Source: Candidatus Sumerlaeota bacterium
GTDB lineage: Bacteria; Sumerlaeota; Sumerlaeia; JADFCW01
Assembly (NCBI GenBank): GCA_017161705.1
Contig: JADFCW010000002.1
Location: 4,528-68,527 of the forward strand
DNA length: 64,000 bases
Direction: 5' to 3'
Of the stretch, positions 59,956 to 64,000 are shown in pieces (the stretch's first letter is position 1; each line of letters starts with the position of its first letter). Position numbers and translations under genes: made by a program. A model generated the notes under the pieces. It did no database searches. It was not told the DNA's origin and worked only from the letters and a program-made list of their open reading frames with translations.

Positions 59956-60786
59956 TCATGGCACAAGACTCCGGTCGCACAGCACGACGCCCAGCAGCGG
60001 GACTTTCAAGGCATCGAGGGCGCGCTGCATTTCTAAAACGTCGCTGCGCGTGTGCCAGCCTTTCGCAACCACAAAAACCACTCCGTCGGCGCGGGATGCG
60101 AGAATCGCTGTATCCGGGTATTTCAACAACGGCGGAGCATCCACGATCACATAGCGATAATCGGCGCGCAACGCCTCGAGCAACCGAGCGTACTCATCGC
60201 TCAGAAGGAGCGAGAGAAAATCCACCGCCGGATTCCCGGTGGGCAGCAACGACAAGGTCGGAACGTCGGACGGAACAATCGCCTGCGCCGGTTCGGCCTG
60301 ACCCAAAAGCAAGTCCGACAGTCCTTTGACCCATCCATCGCCCGATTCCGTCTCGGAACGGCGCCGCAATACATAGCGGTTGATGGACGGGGACCGGAAA
60401 TTGGCGTCCACCAACAGGGTCTGGCCTTCTTCCATCAGCGCCAGGGCAAGCGCAATCTGAAAAGCGATGGTGCTGACGCCTTCGCGTTCGGCCGTACCGG
60501 TCAGGGCAACCACACGCTTTCCGTTTCCCAACGCCGTTTTGATCCGCACGGCCAGCGGAATGGCGTCTTCGGAAAGAGTGAATTCGCTGTGCTGCGACTG
60601 GCCGAGAATTTTCAGCATCTGGTCGCGCGAGAGAAAACCCAGCTTCCGCATCGCCAAACCGAGCAACACATGTTTGCCCTTCGACCGCTGCCGGCGCTGA
60701 TATTCCAGCGCTTCTTCCACCTGCTGCGGCGTGGCAAATCCCATGCTCACCGCATTGGCGCCGAAAGGAATACGAGGTTTTCCCAT
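59956..60786 (-). CDS. MinD/BY-kinase-like P-loop ATPase with N-terminal GspE_N-like domain and a degenerate Walker A
   Basis: The N-terminal ~60 aa resemble the T2SSE_N fold. Walker A region ALTGTAEREGVSTIA has Val where the catalytic Lys is expected. Walker B is YRYVIVDAPP. Confidence 0.6.
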   Translation of the reverse strand: MGKPRIPFGANAVSMGFATPQQVEEALEYQRRQRSKGKHVLLGLAMRKLGFLSRDQMLKILGQSQHSEFTLSEDAIPLAVRIKTALGNGKRVVALTGTAEREGVSTIAFQIALALALMEEGQTLLVDANFRSPSINRYVLRRRSETESGDGWVKGLSDLLLGQAEPAQAIVPSDVPTLSLLPTGNPAVDFLSLLLSDEYARLLEALRADYRYVIVDAPPLLKYPDTAILASRADGVVFVVAKGWHTRSDVLEMQRALDALKVPLLGVVLCDRSLVP

Positions 60787-61077
60787 TTCTCTCCGCCCGC
60801 CGGTGAGAATGGAATGAAAAACTGTCCTGTTGGAAACCTCACCAGCCCTTACTAAGCTAAATTTGAATCTTTCAGGCGCATCCGTCAATGTTTATTTCTG
60901 AAAAATACCCACAGTCGGTAAAGAAATGTACAATGCCATGGCGCTTGACAATTCGGCGAAGCTTGCGTAGCAAACCCCTTGCGCCAACGGAAAACCTGCG
61001 CCGCAAGCGCAAGCATTCCGGCAAATCGGGCGGGCGTTCGACAAGCGGCCTAGCCCCCCACAACAAGGAGAAGAACC

Positions 61078-62586
61078 ATGGCCCAATTGTCTCGGCGATA
61101 TTTCCTCGAAATGGCTCTATCCGGAGCCGCGATGTCTGCAATGCCTGCAGCACTGTCGAGTGCGGCAGCTGCCGCCGGCAAAAAGATGAATGTCCTCTTT
61201 TTTGCTGTGGACGACCTCAAACCCAACATTGGCTGCTTCGGCGATCCCATCGCTAGGACGCCTAATCTGGACCGAATCGCGGCGAAGGGGACGATTTTCA
61301 CGCGCTGCTATTGCCAGCAGGCCGTTTGCAGCCCGTCGCGCACCTCGCTCCTGACCGGCCTTCGGCCGGATTCCACCCAGGTCTATGATCTGGAGACCCA
61401 CTTCCGCGACACGATCCCCAACGTCGTCACCCTCCCCCAGCAGTTCAAAAAGCACGGCTATCATGCGCAGGGACTGAGCAAGATTTATCACGGCGGCCTC
61501 GACGACAAACAGTCGTGGTCGGTGCCCCACTGGCAACCGCAAACGCCGGGCTACGGCAAGCCGGAGAATCTCGAATTGATGAAACGCTTGTATGCGGAGA
61601 TCAAAAAGGCGGGCAAGGACCCGAAGCAGCGCCAAAACCGGCCGCGCGGGCCGGCGTGGGAAGATGCCGATGTGCCGGATAACTATTTTGCCGACGGGGC
61701 GACTGCGGATCGCGCCATCCAAGTCTTGCGCGAAATTAAAGACAAGCCATTTTTCTTTGCCGTCGGTTTTCTGAAACCGCACCTGCCGTTTGTGGCGCCA
61801 AAAAAATATTGGGACCTGTACGACCCCAAAGTGTTCAAATTCGCGGAATATCGCGAGGCGCCGAAAGACTGCCCGCCTCTGGCCATGTCGTCGTGGGGCG
61901 AACTCCGCGCCTACTACGGCATCCCGAAGCAGGGGCCGCTGTCGCCCGAACAGGAACGTTCGATGCTCCACGGCTACTACGCCGCAACCAGCTATACCGA
62001 CGCGCAGGTCGGGCGAATTCTGGACGAATTGGAAAAGCTGGGTCTGGCCGACAACACGATTGTTGTTCTCTGGGGCGACCATGGCTGGCATCTGGGCGAC
62101 CACGGCCTGTGGTGCAAGCACACCAACTTCGAGCAGGCCACGCGCTCGCCGCTTCTGATCAGCGTGCCGGGGCAAAAAACGGCCGGCAGCCGGTGCGATC
62201 GCCTGGTCGAGTTCGTGGACATCGCGCCGACGCTGATGGAACTGTGCGGCGTGCCGCCGACGGAAAACCTCGAAGGCCTGAGCTTCAAGCCGCTGATCGA
62301 GGACCCGAATCGCGCATGGAAGAAAGCGGCGTTCAGCCAATATCCGCGCGGCGGCGGCAAAGGCCAACCCGGTTATATGGGCTATTCCATGCGGACGGAT
62401 CGCTATCGCTTCACCGAATGGCGTCCGCGCAAGGACAACGGCGAAAAATTCCACGAACTGTATGACATGGAGAAAGACCCGCTGGAGACAGTGAACCTGG
62501 CGGCCAGCAAGGAAAATGCCGACCTGGTCAGGCAGCTGTCGGCGATGCTCGATGCCGGCTGGAAAGGCGCCTTGCCGCCGCGCTGA
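61078..62586 (+). CDS. Sulfatase (iduronate-2-sulfatase-like), Tat signal
   Basis: AAGGAG RBS. SRRYFLEMALSGAA. VLFFAVDDLKPNIG. CSPSRTSLLTGL. Confidence 0.85.
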   Translation: MAQLSRRYFLEMALSGAAMSAMPAALSSAAAAAGKKMNVLFFAVDDLKPNIGCFGDPIARTPNLDRIAAKGTIFTRCYCQQAVCSPSRTSLLTGLRPDSTQVYDLETHFRDTIPNVVTLPQQFKKHGYHAQGLSKIYHGGLDDKQSWSVPHWQPQTPGYGKPENLELMKRLYAEIKKAGKDPKQRQNRPRGPAWEDADVPDNYFADGATADRAIQVLREIKDKPFFFAVGFLKPHLPFVAPKKYWDLYDPKVFKFAEYREAPKDCPPLAMSSWGELRAYYGIPKQGPLSPEQERSMLHGYYAATSYTDAQVGRILDELEKLGLADNTIVVLWGDHGWHLGDHGLWCKHTNFEQATRSPLLISVPGQKTAGSRCDRLVEFVDIAPTLMELCGVPPTENLEGLSFKPLIEDPNRAWKKAAFSQYPRGGGKGQPGYMGYSMRTDRYRFTEWRPRKDNGEKFHELYDMEKDPLETVNLAASKENADLVRQLSAMLDAGWKGALPPR

Positions 62587-62665
62587 GCGCAATACGAAGT
62601 CGCGTGGGCGGGATCATGCGCGGGCGTTTTGCCCGCGAAAAAACTTGTACCAAGGAGACTGAACC

Positions 62666-63622
62666 ATGGGAAAGAAACAGGCACTAGCCGCTGTATTCCT
62701 GGCGGGGTTTCTGACGGTCTCAGGGGTCGTTTTTGGGGCAGCACCGGAGTCGAAAAAGGCTGACACGAACGCGTTTCAGGCTTTTCGCGCCGGGGAAATG
62801 AAACAGTTTATTCAGTTCCGCTCGGAACTGGCAAAGAGCAAGGAACCCCAGGGGGAACTCATCAAAAAGTTTCAAGACTTCGGCGCGAAGATGATCGAGC
62901 GGTATGAAAAATTTGCGGCCTCCCCCGAGGGCGCCCCTCATGCCATGGATGTGAAAAAAGAAGTGATCATGATTGCCGTTCAACTCCTTGACGATGGCAA
63001 GAAGGTGAAAGAGGTCATCGCCTCGGAAAAAAACCCGGACAATGCCATCGCGCTCAAGCTGCACGCCGCCAAATTGTGCGGTCAGAGCGACATGGACAAA
63101 GAAGCCAGGGAGTTGATTGACGCATTGCTGGAAGACGCAAAAGACAAGCCAGAGTTGCAAAAAGAAGTGGACGCCTTGCGGTTTCAAGTCGTCCCCCAGG
63201 GCCTGCCGTTCCCCGAATTCGCCGAGGGAACCAAAGACCTCGACGACAAGCCTATCCGAATCGCCGATTACAAAGGCAAGGTGGTGCTGGTGGATTTCTG
63301 GGCGGCCTGGTGCGGACCGTGCATGGCCGAGGCGCCGAATGTCGTGAAAGCCTACGAAAAATATCATCCAAAAGGGTTCGAGATCATCGGCATCTCGCTG
63401 GATAATTCCAAGGACAAGATGCTGGCGGCCATGAAGGAAAAAGGCATGACGTGGCGGCAGTATTTCGACGGGCTGGGCTGGAAGAGCAAAGTCGGCTCGC
63501 AATACGGTATTCATGCCATTCCAGCGACCTATCTTGTCGGGCCGGACGGCAAGATCATCGCCGGAAATGTCCGCGGAAAACGCCTGGAAGAGGAATTGGA
63601 AAAGGCGTTGGGGCAGAAGTAA
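62666..63622 (+). CDS. TlpA-like thiol-disulfide oxidoreductase (thioredoxin fold) with N-terminal helical domain
   Basis: AAGGAG RBS, signal peptide, WCGPC active site in an AhpC/TSA-like C-terminal domain. Confidence 0.8.
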   Translation: MGKKQALAAVFLAGFLTVSGVVFGAAPESKKADTNAFQAFRAGEMKQFIQFRSELAKSKEPQGELIKKFQDFGAKMIERYEKFAASPEGAPHAMDVKKEVIMIAVQLLDDGKKVKEVIASEKNPDNAIALKLHAAKLCGQSDMDKEARELIDALLEDAKDKPELQKEVDALRFQVVPQGLPFPEFAEGTKDLDDKPIRIADYKGKVVLVDFWAAWCGPCMAEAPNVVKAYEKYHPKGFEIIGISLDNSKDKMLAAMKEKGMTWRQYFDGLGWKSKVGSQYGIHAIPATYLVGPDGKIIAGNVRGKRLEEELEKALGQK

Positions 63623-63685
63623 TCCGCGCGCGTCCATATTCCTGGGGAACTCCGCACCGCGCGTGTCCGGAGGCAGGGAATACTC

Positions 63686-64000
63686 ATGGGCAAAGTCAAA
63701 AACCATCACTTCTACGTTTGCTCGCACACCCATTGGGACCGCGAGTGGTATGGCCCGTTCGAGGACTTCCGCATGCGGCTGGTCGAGCTGACCGACGAGT
63801 TGCTGGATTACCTCGAAGACGAACCGGAGTATCGTTGCTTTAACTTCGACGGGCAGGCGGTGGTGGTGCGCGACTATCTGGAGATCCGGCCGCATCGGTT
63901 GGACGACCTGCGCAAGGCCGTCACAGCAGGGCGAATTCGGATCGGGCCGTGGTATATCCTGCCCGACGAGTTTCTCGTCAGCGGCGAGTCGTTCGTCCGC
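63686..64000 (+). CDS. Glycoside hydrolase family 38 (alpha-mannosidase), 5' partial that continues beyond the window
   Basis: Hand translation gives MGKVKNHHFYVCSHTHWDREWYGPF...IGPWYILPDEFLVSGES, matching the GH38 N-terminal signature (compare E. coli MngB HMHWDREWY...IGPWY). GGAGG RBS. Absent from the ORF track because it runs off the end of the window. Confidence 0.65.
   Translation, partial: MGKVKNHHFYVCSHTHWDREWYGPFEDFRMRLVELTDELLDYLEDEPEYRCFNFDGQAVVVRDYLEIRPHRLDDLRKAVTAGRIRIGPWYILPDEFLVSGESFVR

Noticed and set aside
61117-62592. 491 aa minus-strand ORF
   Set aside because: Antisense to the iduronate-sulfatase-like gene. Arg-rich artefact.

Overview
This 64 kb window is high-GC (about 62%), densely coding bacterial DNA with no rRNA, tRNA or CRISPR that I can support. 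Many products carry Sec, lipoprotein or twin-arginine (Tat) signal peptides and AGGAGG-type ribosome-binding sites. Gene content is dominated by sulfated-glycan degradation functions: six formylglycine-type sulfatases plus one membrane-anchored sulfatase-like protein, a sialidase with BNR/Asp-box repeats, glycoside hydrolases of families GH43, GH38 (partial) and a GH5-like TIM barrel, a PhoD-like phosphatase, a parallel beta-helix protein and an RbsD/FucU-like mutarotase. Housekeeping genes include queA and tgt, a rubredoxin, a TrpB2 paralog, a sodium:solute symporter with its small subunit, and a phenylacetate-CoA ligase (PaaK). There is an exopolysaccharide-type glycosyltransferase operon, an AddA-like helicase-nuclease with no adjacent AddB, and two tandem secretin paralogs. 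The window resembles a polysaccharide-degrading member of the PVC superphylum (Kiritimatiellota, Lentisphaerota or Planctomycetota-like); this is inference from gene content only. The most unusual signals are non-coding. A roughly 300 bp dispersed repeat family occurs in three copies, each carrying bidirectional terminator-like GC hairpins. A second repeat family built on a GTAGTTCA(N2)CTTCAG core forms a 52 bp x 3.4 tandem array and recurs in either orientation at other intergenic sites, including the queA-tgt spacer. An inverted pair of GTCGGAC-type hexamer arrays flanks the 3' end of the addA-like gene. Most long antisense ORFs in the six-frame track are high-GC artefacts and were not called.
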